Shown: positions 1 to 9,714 of the stretch, in pieces | Position numbering within the stretch: position 1 is the first letter of the stretch | Layout of the letters: the number at the start of each line of letters is the position of its first letter | Source: a virus | Lineage: Duplodnaviria > Caudoviricetes | Strand: one strand, 5' to 3' | DNA: 38,855 nt | IMG/VR virus record: IMGVR_UViG_3300050162_000175 | Coordinates: 1 to 38,855 of that record | Notes under the pieces: generated by a model | What the model was told of the DNA's origin: nothing | The model's database searches: none | What the model saw: the letters and a program-made list of their open reading frames with translations, nothing else | Program-made: the position numbers and the translations under genes

Positions 1-3000
1 CCCGTAGTGCCACCATTCCCGCCGCCACCACCTCCTCCACCCGCATAAGAGCTGAAACGGATGGTTGGATAGTCGCTGGTTGTAATAAATGAATGCCATC
101 CAACTGAATCAAAAACGTCGGAAGTACCTGCCAATTTAGCCACATCGACCGATCCGGCCGATACCTTCCCAACAAAATACCCTGTTGCGGCAGAAAGTTC
201 GCCGGCGACAACTACACTAGCCCCCAGTTTTCCGGCAGTAATATACCCGATATTCGCTGATAAAGCAGATAGCTGATCAACATTAACTTTGCTCGCAGAA
301 ACGGTTCCATCAACGATTAAATTTCCATCGATGTATGCACCAATGGGCAGCCAAGATCCAGATGAGTAAAACCTCGCCTCACTCCATTTTTCTGTAGTGT
401 TGTAGAGCGTAACCACATCCCGATCCATCGGCCCGCTGAACCCGGCATCGGTGAGCGCCGCGTTTGCCGCAGAATCACTCCAGGACGTTCCTGATATTTC
501 GTGCGCGATCTGTACGGTACCCCGGTTGCCCGGTTCGCCCACATCACCCTTTACACCTGCTTTAGCTTTGATCACAGCGAGGCGCTTAGTTATCGACAAG
601 CCCGACCGCGTAGCAGTGATATCCACATAACCAGAATCGACCAATGCAGACATAGCCGTAACTGTGACTGTGTTGCCTGTCAGCGTGCTGTTCACACCGG
701 AGCTATTGACCAGCGAGTATGTCCACCCAGTAGCATCAATCTCATCACCAGACCAAATAACCAAACTGGAAAACGCGCCCACGTAACTCGTCACTGCGCC
801 GCTTCCATCAGCGGGCAGGGCCACAGTATCGAGCGACAGTTGCGCCGATCTGGCTGGTGCGCCCGGATCACCAGGCAGGCCAGTGTCCCCAGGGCTGCCT
901 GGATCACCAGGCAGGCCGTCATGCAGCTTGATGATGGTGACCAGGTCGGTAAATGTCTGGCCCTTGTCGACCACCACGACCGAGATCGTCACCGCCTCGG
1001 AACTCATGGTGGCATAGGCCACCGTGGCGCTCATACCATCAGCCGCAGGCACGAGCGTGGCGGCGCCCGAGGTCACCGACCAGGTGACTGGGCCACTGAG
1101 CCCGCCGATGGCGGCTTCCACGTTGATCACTGCTGGGCTGGCCACACCTGCAGCGCTGACCTTGAACGTGAGCGCCGAGGCCTTGAGCCGCACAGCACGC
1201 ACGCCCGATGGCCCGCCGGCAATCTGGATGGACGCCTGCGCGGCCGGCGAGGTATTGCCCAGGGCATTGGTGGAGGTGACCTTGACCTCATACACACCCG
1301 GATCGAGCGGGCCAATGTCCACAGTTTGGGCCGAGGTGGTGGGCAAGCGCTGCCACCAGCTGGTGTCGCGGCGCCACATGACGTTGTGGCGCAGGTACGG
1401 CGCTGCAGGCACCCACGAGGCTGTGAGGCGTGAGCGGTTGGTAGTGCCATCTGTGTAGACGGTCTCCAGCAGCTGCAGGTTGCCGGGCGGCGCCACCACG
1501 GCCGTGAGGCGCGACACCACCGGCTCATCGAGCTGCAGGCCCAGCTCTATCGCATCAAACTTGCTGGGGTTGTGCGCGATCGCGCTGATCTGAGCCTGGT
1601 TCTTGCCTGCCACCTCTTTGACGGCCAGGCAGCGCCAGGTGGTGGCTTCGATACCGTTGCTTTGCAGCACCCAGATTGTTTGGGCCTCAGGCACCACGCT
1701 GAATGAGGGGGACACACTCAGCTCGGCTGTGGTGACGCCACTGGCCGTGATGACGGCCCGCTCCTCAGTGATGGTGCGCAGCTGCTTGTCACGCGGCACG
1801 CCGGCTGCAGCGACCTCGGCCGCGTCGTCGGGCCGGGCCCGGATCACAGTGATGGTGTAGGTCTCGCCTGCGCGCAACTCCACCTGTGCATCCAGCGTGA
1901 CGCTGGTGGTGGTAGCAGCCTTGATGCGCCCACCCAGGCGCTCACCCTGCTCACTCGGGTCGGCGATCTTGAACAGCTTGCCTGGCGCAGCAATGTGGCC
2001 ATCAGAGCCCACATTGAAACTGACCAGCGTGCCCTCGTGTTCTTCGGTATAGCGGGCCCAGCGGCACATGCGCGCTGCCTGGCCACGGCTGGTGCAGCCT
2101 ATGAGCTGCATGGACATCTCGCGCACGCCGTAGCGGGTGATCAGGTCATCAGGCGCATAAACCTCGGGCACGCTCTTGCCCTGCTGGCTCAAGTCATTCC
2201 AGTAGGCAATGAACACACTGTGCTGGCTCTTCTCGCTCGTGTCCTGGTAGGTGAACACGCCATCGACCACGTTGGCAGGGGTGTAGAGCAGCTCTGCATC
2301 CGCCGGGGCGTCTTGCGAGTACTCGACCGTGCTGTTGCCCCAGTAGACCATGCCTCGGAAGATCGCCGCGAAATCACGCAGGACCTGGTAGGCCTCGGCG
2401 CGTGCGCTCAGCACCAGGTTGCAGGTAAAGCGCGGCTCCATGCCGCCTTTGCCATCGGGCACCAGGCCATCGCAGTACTTACCGATCTGATAGAGCGCCC
2501 ACTTGTTGTTGTAGACGGGATCGACGTACTCGCCCAGACCTTCGCGCAGCGCTGTGACGATGTAGTACATCGCCCAGGCCGGGTTGTTCGTCCAGGCCAG
2601 CTTGAAGGTGCCGTCCCACGTGCCGGTGTAAACGCGGGTGATGGGGTCGTAGTTGCTGGGCACCTGCATATAGCTGCCCAGCCAATCCCACGAGCGCACG
2701 GGGATACGGCTGAACTGCTGCGCATCGACCTGGATGCGGCTGATGGCGCTGTTCGGGTAGCGCAGCTTGATCGACTGGATCTCGGAGTAGCTGATCCAGC
2801 TGAATGCGTTGACGATCACCGACTTGGTCGAGTCCGGCGTGATGCGCCGCACGCGGATGTCATACGGTGCGCCACCGAATAGCTTGACGCTGACCGACTT
2901 GGTGTACAGGCTCATGTTTTTGCCATCGACCACGCGCCGGTACCGCTCCACAAAGCCGCCACCTTTAGTCTGCACATCAATGGCCCACGCGACGCGCGAG

Positions 3001-3437
3001 CCATGCAGGTCGCCGCTCTCCAAGTCTTGCTCGCTGAGCTGTGGGATGCCGATGGTGACCCGCACGGTGTCTACCGAGTCGCTATTGATTGTGCGCACGA
3101 CCGGGGTGGCTGCCAGCACTTGCACGCCAACGGGGATGGTGTTTTCGGTACCGGCCTGACCGGGCAACGCAGCCTGGCCAGGTGTGCCGGCGCGCCAAGC
3201 CCAGGTGACGCCGGTGAAGTTGTAGCTGCCATCAGCGTTCTGTATGGGCACGCCGTCCAGGAAGAAGCTTTTGAGCCCATTGACGGGCCCACCGCACTGG
3301 CCTTCGCAGATGAGGTCAGTGATGTCGGCGATCTGCGTGGAGCGCAGCGAGTCGGTGTCCTCGCTCGGCGTGGATCCGCCACCGTCCTTGCCGCCACCAC
3401 GGCCCTCGATCAGCAGCTGCTTGGGCTGGTCGCTCAT
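1..3437 (-). CDS. J: Tail tip / host-specificity protein J (lambda J-like central fibre), 3' end beyond the window
   Basis: Not in the ORF track because it runs off the edge. ATG at 3437 overlaps the gene I stop. Reads MSDQPKQLLIEGRGGGKDGG...DSLRSTQIADITDLICEG...VPSNYDPITRVYTGTWDGTFKLAWTNNPAW...GCTSRGQAAR, has an FN3-like segment, and stays in frame to ...AYIDGNLIVDGTVSASK...GGGGGGGGNGGTTG at the left edge. Confidence 0.93.
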   Translation of the reverse strand, partial: MSDQPKQLLIEGRGGGKDGGGSTPSEDTDSLRSTQIADITDLICEGQCGGPVNGLKSFFLDGVPIQNADGSYNFTGVTWAWRAGTPGQAALPGQAGTENTIPVGVQVLAATPVVRTINSDSVDTVRVTIGIPQLSEQDLESGDLHGSRVAWAIDVQTKGGGFVERYRRVVDGKNMSLYTKSVSVKLFGGAPYDIRVRRITPDSTKSVIVNAFSWISYSEIQSIKLRYPNSAISRIQVDAQQFSRIPVRSWDWLGSYMQVPSNYDPITRVYTGTWDGTFKLAWTNNPAWAMYYIVTALREGLGEYVDPVYNNKWALYQIGKYCDGLVPDGKGGMEPRFTCNLVLSARAEAYQVLRDFAAIFRGMVYWGNSTVEYSQDAPADAELLYTPANVVDGVFTYQDTSEKSQHSVFIAYWNDLSQQGKSVPEVYAPDDLITRYGVREMSMQLIGCTSRGQAARMCRWARYTEEHEGTLVSFNVGSDGHIAAPGKLFKIADPSEQGERLGGRIKAATTTSVTLDAQVELRAGETYTITVIRARPDDAAEVAAAGVPRDKQLRTITEERAVITASGVTTAELSVSPSFSVVPEAQTIWVLQSNGIEATTWRCLAVKEVAGKNQAQISAIAHNPSKFDAIELGLQLDEPVVSRLTAVVAPPGNLQLLETVYTDGTTNRSRLTASWVPAAPYLRHNVMWRRDTSWWQRLPTTSAQTVDIGPLDPGVYEVKVTSTNALGNTSPAAQASIQIAGGPSGVRAVRLKASALTFKVSAAGVASPAVINVEAAIGGLSGPVTWSVTSGAATLVPAADGMSATVAYATMSSEAVTISVVVVDKGQTFTDLVTIIKLHDGLPGDPGSPGDTGLPGDPGAPARSAQLSLDTVALPADGSGAVTSYVGAFSSLVIWSGDEIDATGWTYSLVNSSGVNSTLTGNTVTVTAMSALVDSGYVDITATRSGLSITKRLAVIKAKAGVKGDVGEPGNRGTVQIAHEISGTSWSDSAANAALTDAGFSGPMDRDVVTLYNTTEKWSEARFYSSGSWLPIGAYIDGNLIVDGTVSASKVNVDQLSALSANIGYITAGKLGASVVVAGELSAATGYFVGKVSAGSVDVAKLAGTSDVFDSVGWHSFITTSDYPTIRFSSYAGGGGGGGGNGGTT
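865..917. repeat. 17-bp direct repeat GGATCACCAGGCAGGCC encoding a collagen-like G-X-Y segment of J
   Basis: Copies at 865-881 and 901-917. The minus strand encodes GLPGDPGSPGDTGLPGDPGAP. Confidence 0.85.
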
Positions 3438-4024
3438 GCCAGATCGCTGCTGTAAAGGGCCTGAGACACGACGTGCGACCCCACAATCATGCGGCCAATG
3501 ACGATGGGCACAGGCAAGCCTTGCTGTGTGCTGTTGACGGGGCCGTCAAAGGCGTAGCTGGCCAAGCGGCTGTCCTTGGGGTCTTCCTTGGCTTTGGCGA
3601 CGGGCGTGAGCATCTGAGCGATGCCTCCAGCCATCACGGCGATACCCGCTTGAATGAGCCACGGCTGCTCGTAGATCACACCCACAATGATCATGGCCGC
3701 GCCAACAATGGTCTGCAGCAGGCCCTGCTTTTTGCTGCCCGCTACCGCTGGCACGATACACACGGGCTCACCGGTCCCAAGCGGCGCATCCAGCCTGTCG
3801 ACGCCGCGGCAGTTGGCAACCTTACGCTCACCACCAAAAACATGGTACCCAGGCCGGTTGTGCTTGAGCACCTGCGCCTCGAAGCCAGGCAGCATGTGCT
3901 TGAGCGCCTCAACCGCCTCGCGGCAGCTGCGTACAGCGAGGTGGTGCACGCGGCCAAAGCGCTGGGCCAGGTGCCCATACAAACGCACCTCGCGCAGTTG
4001 TTCGGTTCCAATTAGATCAGTCAT
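3434..4024 (-). CDS. I: Tail assembly protein I (lambda I-like)
   Basis: VRLYGHLAQRFGRVH N-terminus, IVPAVAGSK, hydrophobic LQTIVGAAMIIVG, SYAFDGPVNSTQQGLPVPIVIGRMIVGS. Lies between K and J. Confidence 0.92.
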   Translation of the reverse strand: MTDLIGTEQLREVRLYGHLAQRFGRVHHLAVRSCREAVEALKHMLPGFEAQVLKHNRPGYHVFGGERKVANCRGVDRLDAPLGTGEPVCIVPAVAGSKKQGLLQTIVGAAMIIVGVIYEQPWLIQAGIAVMAGGIAQMLTPVAKAKEDPKDSRLASYAFDGPVNSTQQGLPVPIVIGRMIVGSHVVSQALYSSDLA

Positions 4025-4796
4025 GGTTGCGCTCCATCACGAGGCGGTGGCGGCAGACATGGGTGGCGTGCCGACGATACGAGCCGCCCCACACGTCATG
4101 CTTGCTCAGTGAGTCGTAGAGGTGGTGCAGGATCAGGCCAGGCCGCTCGCCGTCCATCACCGCAGCGTGGTTGGGCTGGTCGGACAGGATGGCCATCAAG
4201 ATCATGTCGTGAGCCTGGGGCTCCACATCTTGGGGCGAGCCCATGACGACGAAGCCGGCGCGCTCCAGGCCGCGCAGATAGAGGTTTTGGCCAGGCTCCC
4301 CATTGGACCCACGCTTCCACCACTCGTCTGAGCGCTCAAAGTCGGGCAGGTCGATGCCCAAACGCTCGTGGTAGTAGTCCTGAACCAGCGTATAGCAATC
4401 GACCACGCCGTGGTGAAACACGCGCCCGACCAGCGGCAGGCGCTGGCCCTTGGGCAGCGTCTGGGTGATCACGCCTGATGGGTAGCCGATGATGATCCAG
4501 GGCAGGCCCGTGCGCTCGCACATGGCCAGGTCGGCATCGGTCGGGTTAGCGCTGGCGTTGGGGTGGCTGTGCACGATGGCCAGCACGGTGCCACGGTCCT
4601 CGGCAGCTACCCAGTCATCAGGGTGGAGCACAAAGTGGTCTTGCGCCAGGTCGGCTGCGGCGTCGTTGCGGCATGGCACGTATCCGGGCCCGGCGCTGGT
4701 GGCCACAACCAGACCGCAGCACTCTGCCGGGAAAGCCTCTTGCGCGTGAGCCAAGATGGCGTCGCCCAGCTCAGCTGTAATGATGATCTTGTCCAT
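4017..4796 (-). CDS. K: Tail assembly protein K (JAB/MPN + NlpC/P60 domains)
   Basis: Probable start MDKIII at 4796. Motifs HAQEAFPAECCGLV, VHSHP...PTDADL, GRVFHHGVVDCYTLV, NHAAV, ILHH. Confidence 0.92.
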   Translation of the reverse strand: MDKIIITAELGDAILAHAQEAFPAECCGLVVATSAGPGYVPCRNDAAADLAQDHFVLHPDDWVAAEDRGTVLAIVHSHPNASANPTDADLAMCERTGLPWIIIGYPSGVITQTLPKGQRLPLVGRVFHHGVVDCYTLVQDYYHERLGIDLPDFERSDEWWKRGSNGEPGQNLYLRGLERAGFVVMGSPQDVEPQAHDMILMAILSDQPNHAAVMDGERPGLILHHLYDSLSKHDVWGGSYRRHATHVCRHRLVMERNHD

Positions 4797-4797
4797 A

Positions 4798-5499
4798 TCA
4801 AAGCGCCTGGATGGAGCCCGCCCCCGGGAACCCCGAGAACGGCAACTCGTTGTTGGGCCACGTGCGCAGGCGGCACGAGCTGAGCCGGTGGCCACAAGCG
4901 TCTTGCGCCAGCACGCTGGTGAATGTGTCGTCTGCCTTGGCCACGGCTGGCCCGGTGTAGCCGCAGTCAGCGCCGCGATAAGCCCAGACGCACACATTGG
5001 CAAGCACCTGACGGCGGGGCAGCATCACACCGGCCACGTCCATCGGGCTGGCGAGTTCGAAGACCACCACCGAACGGTCGGCGCTGGCGCGGCGGTCGAT
5101 GAACCACATGTCGTCCGGGTAGTGCGCGCTGGGGTCAGCCGTGGGGTTCACCGCGCCAGGAAAGTTGACTGCATCCAGGAACTTGGCCAGCGTGCGCTTG
5201 CGGATGACCTTCGCGCCCTTGAGGCCCTTGAGGTCGCGTACCAGGGCACCCACCAGGCCGTACACGTTCGAGACCTTGAGCGTCGGCCGTGGGAACGGGC
5301 CTGAGCTGTTGCGCTCGAAGCCCTCGGCCACGATCGGGAACGGGTCGTAAGCCTGGCCTTGCCACACCACAGACTGCGAGAGCTTGTTCGTGCCCGCATG
5401 AAGATGCATCACGGTTCCGCCCAGCACAGTGGCGTCGATCACGAACAGCTCGATGATGGCGTCGTGTGTGAGCTTGCTGATCTCGATGGCGATGGTCAT
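4798..5499 (-). CDS. L: Minor tail protein L (lambda L-like, Fe-S cluster cysteines)
   Basis: Start MTIAIE at 5499. WQGQAYDPFPI, PRPTLKVSN, RKRTLAKFLDAVNF, CVWAYRGADCGY...DACGHRLSSCRLR, FSGFPG. Confidence 0.93.
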   Translation of the reverse strand: MTIAIEISKLTHDAIIELFVIDATVLGGTVMHLHAGTNKLSQSVVWQGQAYDPFPIVAEGFERNSSGPFPRPTLKVSNVYGLVGALVRDLKGLKGAKVIRKRTLAKFLDAVNFPGAVNPTADPSAHYPDDMWFIDRRASADRSVVVFELASPMDVAGVMLPRRQVLANVCVWAYRGADCGYTGPAVAKADDTFTSVLAQDACGHRLSSCRLRTWPNNELPFSGFPGAGSIQAL

Positions 5500-5500
5500 A

Positions 5501-5848
5501 TCAAGCCTCAAACACCTGCTCAAACGTGGCGCTGATGGAGGCCTGTCCCACTACATCGCCCAGCGTGTAGCTGTAAGCCGTGCACTTGAATGTCAGGGCC
5601 ACCGTTTTGCGAGGTGGCGTCCAAGCAAAGCGCTTGTAGCCCAAGCCATCCTCCAGAAAGGCCTCGATCGCATCGGCCACCTCAACGTCGATGTTGCTGG
5701 CCTGGTAGGACCACACCTGCATGCGCTCATTGAGGCCCGCAGGGGCGTCCTGGCCGTAACCATCACCGAACTTGGTGCTGATGACCAGTGCCTCGGAGCG
5801 TTTGGATGTGCCGGGCGACTCGACCCAATCAAATACAGGCAGGCTCAT
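5501..5848 (-). CDS. M: Minor tail protein M (distal tail)
   Basis: KFGDGYGQ...GLN, IEAFL, FAWTPP, ATFEQVFE; directly after the tape measure gene. Confidence 0.9.
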   Translation of the reverse strand: MSLPVFDWVESPGTSKRSEALVISTKFGDGYGQDAPAGLNERMQVWSYQASNIDVEVADAIEAFLEDGLGYKRFAWTPPRKTVALTFKCTAYSYTLGDVVGQASISATFEQVFEA

Positions 5849-8800
5849 GATCGGCTCCCCGACAAAATGCCACCCGGCCGCGAGTTCTTCACGGCCCAGG
5901 CGTCGACCACGCTGGTGATCGTGGCCACCAGATCGCCGGCTGCTGTGGCCTGGTCAGACTCGCCACCGGCAGCGCCGGAGATGTTGATCTGTGTGGTGAC
6001 TGACATGCCGCCGTTCTGGCTGCTCATGTTCTTGATGTGGCGTGGGTCATCGGCAGTCAGCACTTCCTCACCGGCCTTGAGGATCGCGGGCACCTCGCCC
6101 GGCGCAAGCCCGGCGATGCCACCCGTGTGGTAGCGAGGCGCCATTGCCCAGGTGCTCGTGGGCATGCTACGCACGCCACCACCTGACGACACCACACCAC
6201 CCGAGTGGAAGAACGTGGCCGCCCAAGACGCGGCAGCCTGCACCCAGCCGCCGCTCGATGAGCCGCCCGCCCCGCCCGCGCCGCCGCTGCCCAAAAGTGA
6301 GGTGACGAGCTGCTCGCCCAGCTTTTTTGCAATCAGGTCCAGCATGGACTTGGCGAAGTTGCCGACCATGTCCCGCAGGCCTTCGCTGGCCTTCTTGGAG
6401 CCATCCAGGATATTGGTCAGCTCGGTGCTGATGGATGACATGGCCGAGGACTTGGCCGTCTTCTCGAACTCGGTGCGAACGTCAGCCACCTTGGTCACAT
6501 CGGTGCCGGCAGTACGTGCGGTCTGCGCTTCTTTGGGCTGGGGCTTGCCAGCCACCTCGTCCAGCTTATTGGACTGATCAGCGATCGCCGAAGCGCCATC
6601 ACGCAGGGCCTGAACGGACTGCTGGCGCAGCTCCAGGATGCGCGCCTCGGCTTGCGACTCGGTGATCAGGCCAGCATCACGCTGGGCCGTGACAGCCGAC
6701 TCGGCCGAGCTGAGCGCATCGCGCCGCTCCTGGAACTGGCGCACGAGCAGATCGAACTTGGCGCGCTCGGTTTCGACATCGATGAGCTTGAGCAGGGGCG
6801 CGGGGTCCTGGTCGTTTTGCAGGGCTGCCTTGAGCTGGGGCTCGTACTGCTTGCGTACCGATCGTGTCACCGAGTCGGGCGTTTCGGCGCCGGTGGCCTT
6901 GGCTAGCATGGCGTCGGTCTCTTCGCGCTGCTTGCGCAGCTCCTCCACGATCTGGGCCTCCTCGCGCCGGCGGGCACGTGCGGCGTCGACCTGGTCGCGC
7001 TTCTTTTTCTCGATGTCAACTTCGAGCTTCTGGATGGTGTCCAGGCCTTTGGCGATCGCGTCGTCAGCGCCCGCGCGCTCATTGGCTGTGTCGGCCTTGG
7101 CGCGTTGGGCGCGGTTCTCGGCCAGTGCCCTTTGCTGTGCCACAAGCTGCTTTTGCAGCGCCACCACCTCGGCAGCATTGGCCTGGTCTTCAGCGGCGGC
7201 CCGGTCAGCCAGGTAGGCCTTGTATGAGACCAAGCCATCGTCATAAGCTTGGCGCGCTGTCTGGGCAGCACGCTGCAGCGAATCGGCCTGCAGGGCGGCT
7301 TGCTTGTCGTATGTGTCGCGGGCCTGAGCCAGGCGGGAGACTTCGCCGTCCTTGTCCAGATCCTTGAGCGCCTTTTGCCGCTCCTTTTCAAGCTTGGCCA
7401 GCACAGCGGTCTTTTGCGCTTCGAGCTGCTGCACCTGGTCCATCGTGCCGTGGGCACGGGCCATATTGATCTCGGCGTCTTTGGCGAGCGTATAGGCGTC
7501 GCGCTTGGCCCGAAAGCCCTTCTCGATCGAGTCGCGTGTCTTGAACTCGTTCTCGATGGACTGGATGGTCGCTGGATCCAGGAGCTGGTCCTGCGTGCTG
7601 CCACCACGCGGACCACCCGACATGCGCAGCTCATCTGCCTTGCGCTGCTCTATCTGAGCCAAGCGAGCATCAAGGGCAGCGAGCTGGCGGTCGAGGCTAC
7701 GCGCTTCGTCCGCCCCATCGGATGCGTTGACCTTGCCGGCTTTACGGCGCGCGTTGAGTTGATCAAGCTGAGCCTGGATGTCTGCGCGCTCTTTGCGCAG
7801 ATCATCAGGCGTCTGCGCATCCTTAGCGGCTTTGTTCTTGGCTGCACCCAGGGCGATCCAGCCAGCAGCCAAAGCACCCAGCGCCACCACCAGGCCGATC
7901 GGGCCTGCAATGGCCGATGTGAGCGTGCCAGCAGCTGCGCCAACCATGCCCATTTCGGCTGCAGCCGATGCGGCAGCGGCAGCCAGTACGCGCTGCTGGA
8001 TGGCGAACTCGATCGCTGCGGCTGCGCCGGCAGCCAGCTTGCCCACATACGTCACACCCACCAGGGTAACCAGGGTGGTCAGGCCCGTGATCAGCGGCCC
8101 GATGTTGTCGCCGATGGCGCGCAGACTGTCAACGACCACCTGGCTGGCACCCGATGCCTTGGACGCCTGGCCCACATACGTCAGCAGCTGGTTGTTGACC
8201 TGCTGCACCGCGGCGCCGATAGTGATAGGGATCGATGCGGCCTCTTGGCGCAACTGGGGCAATGCGCGGGTCAGACCCTGAACGATCTTGGCGGTGGTGA
8301 GCTGGCCCTGCGCGCCCATCTCTTTAAGCGCAGCGGTAGGCACACCCAGACCATCAGCCAGCGCAGACAGCAAGCGAGGTGCAGCCTCGGCAACAGAGTT
8401 GAACTCGTCACCATTGAGGGCGCCCTTGCCCAGCGCCTGGCCGAACTGCAGGACGGCGGCAGATGACTCCTCAGCCGATGCGCCACTGACCTTGAGCGAT
8501 GCCAGCAGCGCCTCGGTCACGTTGGTCGCCTCACGGATCGTGCCATTGAGTGGCCTGATCGACGACAGCGTGCGCGTGAATGATGCGGCCGTGGCATTGA
8601 GGCTGCCACCGTAGAGTGCCGACAGACGCTGCGCCGTGGCCATTGCCTGGTTGAACTCGGTCTGGCTCTTGGTGGCAATGCCAAGCCGGGCCGTCATGCC
8701 TGAGTAAGCGTCGGCCAGCTCAGCGCCCTTTCGGGCCGTCTCAGCACCGGCCAGCGCCGCAACCAGCTGCACAGCCGCAGCACGCGCAGACGACAGGTTG

Positions 8801-9057
8801 CCCGCAAAGCGGCCAGCCTCGGCTGTGGCGCCTGACAGCGCGCCCGTACCCAGCGTGGACAGCTCGCGCTTGATGCCACTGACTTGGTTGAGCCCCGCTG
8901 CAATGCGCGCCGTGGCGGCCTGCCATTGCGTGTCGATCGCATCAGCAGCCTTGGCGCCATCTTTACCGATTTGCGCAAACTGCTCGCGCATGCTGCGCAG
9001 CAGGCTGAGCGCTTGCGCGCCATCGGTTGAGATGCGGATCTTGGCTTCGGCGGTCAT
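5845..9057 (-). CDS. Tail tape measure protein
   Basis: 1070 aa, Ala-rich and helical. Tape-measure motif QFGQALGKGALNGDEFNSVAE; C-terminal FHSGGVV/RYHTGG/EVPAILKAGEEVLT. Confidence 0.94.
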   Translation of the reverse strand: MTAEAKIRISTDGAQALSLLRSMREQFAQIGKDGAKAADAIDTQWQAATARIAAGLNQVSGIKRELSTLGTGALSGATAEAGRFAGNLSSARAAAVQLVAALAGAETARKGAELADAYSGMTARLGIATKSQTEFNQAMATAQRLSALYGGSLNATAASFTRTLSSIRPLNGTIREATNVTEALLASLKVSGASAEESSAAVLQFGQALGKGALNGDEFNSVAEAAPRLLSALADGLGVPTAALKEMGAQGQLTTAKIVQGLTRALPQLRQEAASIPITIGAAVQQVNNQLLTYVGQASKASGASQVVVDSLRAIGDNIGPLITGLTTLVTLVGVTYVGKLAAGAAAAIEFAIQQRVLAAAAASAAAEMGMVGAAAGTLTSAIAGPIGLVVALGALAAGWIALGAAKNKAAKDAQTPDDLRKERADIQAQLDQLNARRKAGKVNASDGADEARSLDRQLAALDARLAQIEQRKADELRMSGGPRGGSTQDQLLDPATIQSIENEFKTRDSIEKGFRAKRDAYTLAKDAEINMARAHGTMDQVQQLEAQKTAVLAKLEKERQKALKDLDKDGEVSRLAQARDTYDKQAALQADSLQRAAQTARQAYDDGLVSYKAYLADRAAAEDQANAAEVVALQKQLVAQQRALAENRAQRAKADTANERAGADDAIAKGLDTIQKLEVDIEKKKRDQVDAARARRREEAQIVEELRKQREETDAMLAKATGAETPDSVTRSVRKQYEPQLKAALQNDQDPAPLLKLIDVETERAKFDLLVRQFQERRDALSSAESAVTAQRDAGLITESQAEARILELRQQSVQALRDGASAIADQSNKLDEVAGKPQPKEAQTARTAGTDVTKVADVRTEFEKTAKSSAMSSISTELTNILDGSKKASEGLRDMVGNFAKSMLDLIAKKLGEQLVTSLLGSGGAGGAGGSSSGGWVQAAASWAATFFHSGGVVSSGGGVRSMPTSTWAMAPRYHTGGIAGLAPGEVPAILKAGEEVLTADDPRHIKNMSSQNGGMSVTTQINISGAAGGESDQATAAGDLVATITSVVDAWAVKNSRPGGILSGSRS

Positions 9058-9697
9058 GCGGGGTCCTTGATCGAGGCCAGGGCCTTGCGGTAGTCCTCAA
9101 CGCCGTACTGGGCGATGCGCGCATCGGCCAGGCCCTGCAGACGCTTGCTCTTGTCCAGGGCGCCAGCGGCCCTGAAGAAGGCGAAGGTCTGCCGGGGCGT
9201 GTAGTGGATCAGGTCGGCGTAGCGGTGGCCGCGCTGGATGAGGTATTGCCAGACATCGACAAGCGTGAGGCTGCCACCGTCTGCGCGACGCGGTCTTTGA
9301 GCCCGCCCATCCGATCGGCCAGGCGCGCGATCGAGGCGGGCAGGCTCGCGAGAAAAAAATCAGCGTTGACCTCGAACAGGCCGAACACCAACTCGACTAG
9401 CGCACCAGGTGGCAAAGCCTTGATCACGTCGGCATCCTGGCCGCTGGCCAGGGTGGCGAATGTCACCACGGCACTGCGGTTGCCCGAGACCCACAGCAGC
9501 CACTCGGTGGCGTCGATGCTGGCGCCCTCGGCGGGGGGCTGAGGCATGGTGGCCAGGGCGGGCGCGATCGCGTCGATCACATCTACCGAGGCCCACCAGC
9601 TCAGCGGCTGGATGTCGAGTTGGACTGAGCCAACCGTGATGGCCACCGGGGCAGCAACCAAGTCACGCAGGGAGAGGGGCGAGTTGTTCGTGGTCAT
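9054..9697 (-). CDS. Tail assembly chaperone GT (-1 programmed frameshift product, about 214 aa)
   Basis: T TTT TTT at 9359-9353. The -1 frame is open from there (…LVDVWQYLIQRGHRYADLIHYTPRQTFAFF…KDPA) to a TGA at 9056-9054 that overlaps the tape measure ATG. Confidence 0.85.
9209..9697 (-). CDS. Tail assembly chaperone G
   Basis: Between tail tube and tape measure. EVNADFF motif coincides with a T7 slippery run. Confidence 0.85.
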   Translation of the reverse strand: MTTNNSPLSLRDLVAAPVAITVGSVQLDIQPLSWWASVDVIDAIAPALATMPQPPAEGASIDATEWLLWVSGNRSAVVTFATLASGQDADVIKALPPGALVELVFGLFEVNADFFLASLPASIARLADRMGGLKDRVAQTVAASRLSMSGNTSSSAATATPT

Positions 9698-9714
9698 GGC
9701 TTGAGTGGCTCAGG

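Noticed and set aside
1-840. Lower-GC left end as host DNA or the prophage boundary
   Set aside because: The J reading frame continues uninterrupted through it, with tail-fibre-like motifs.
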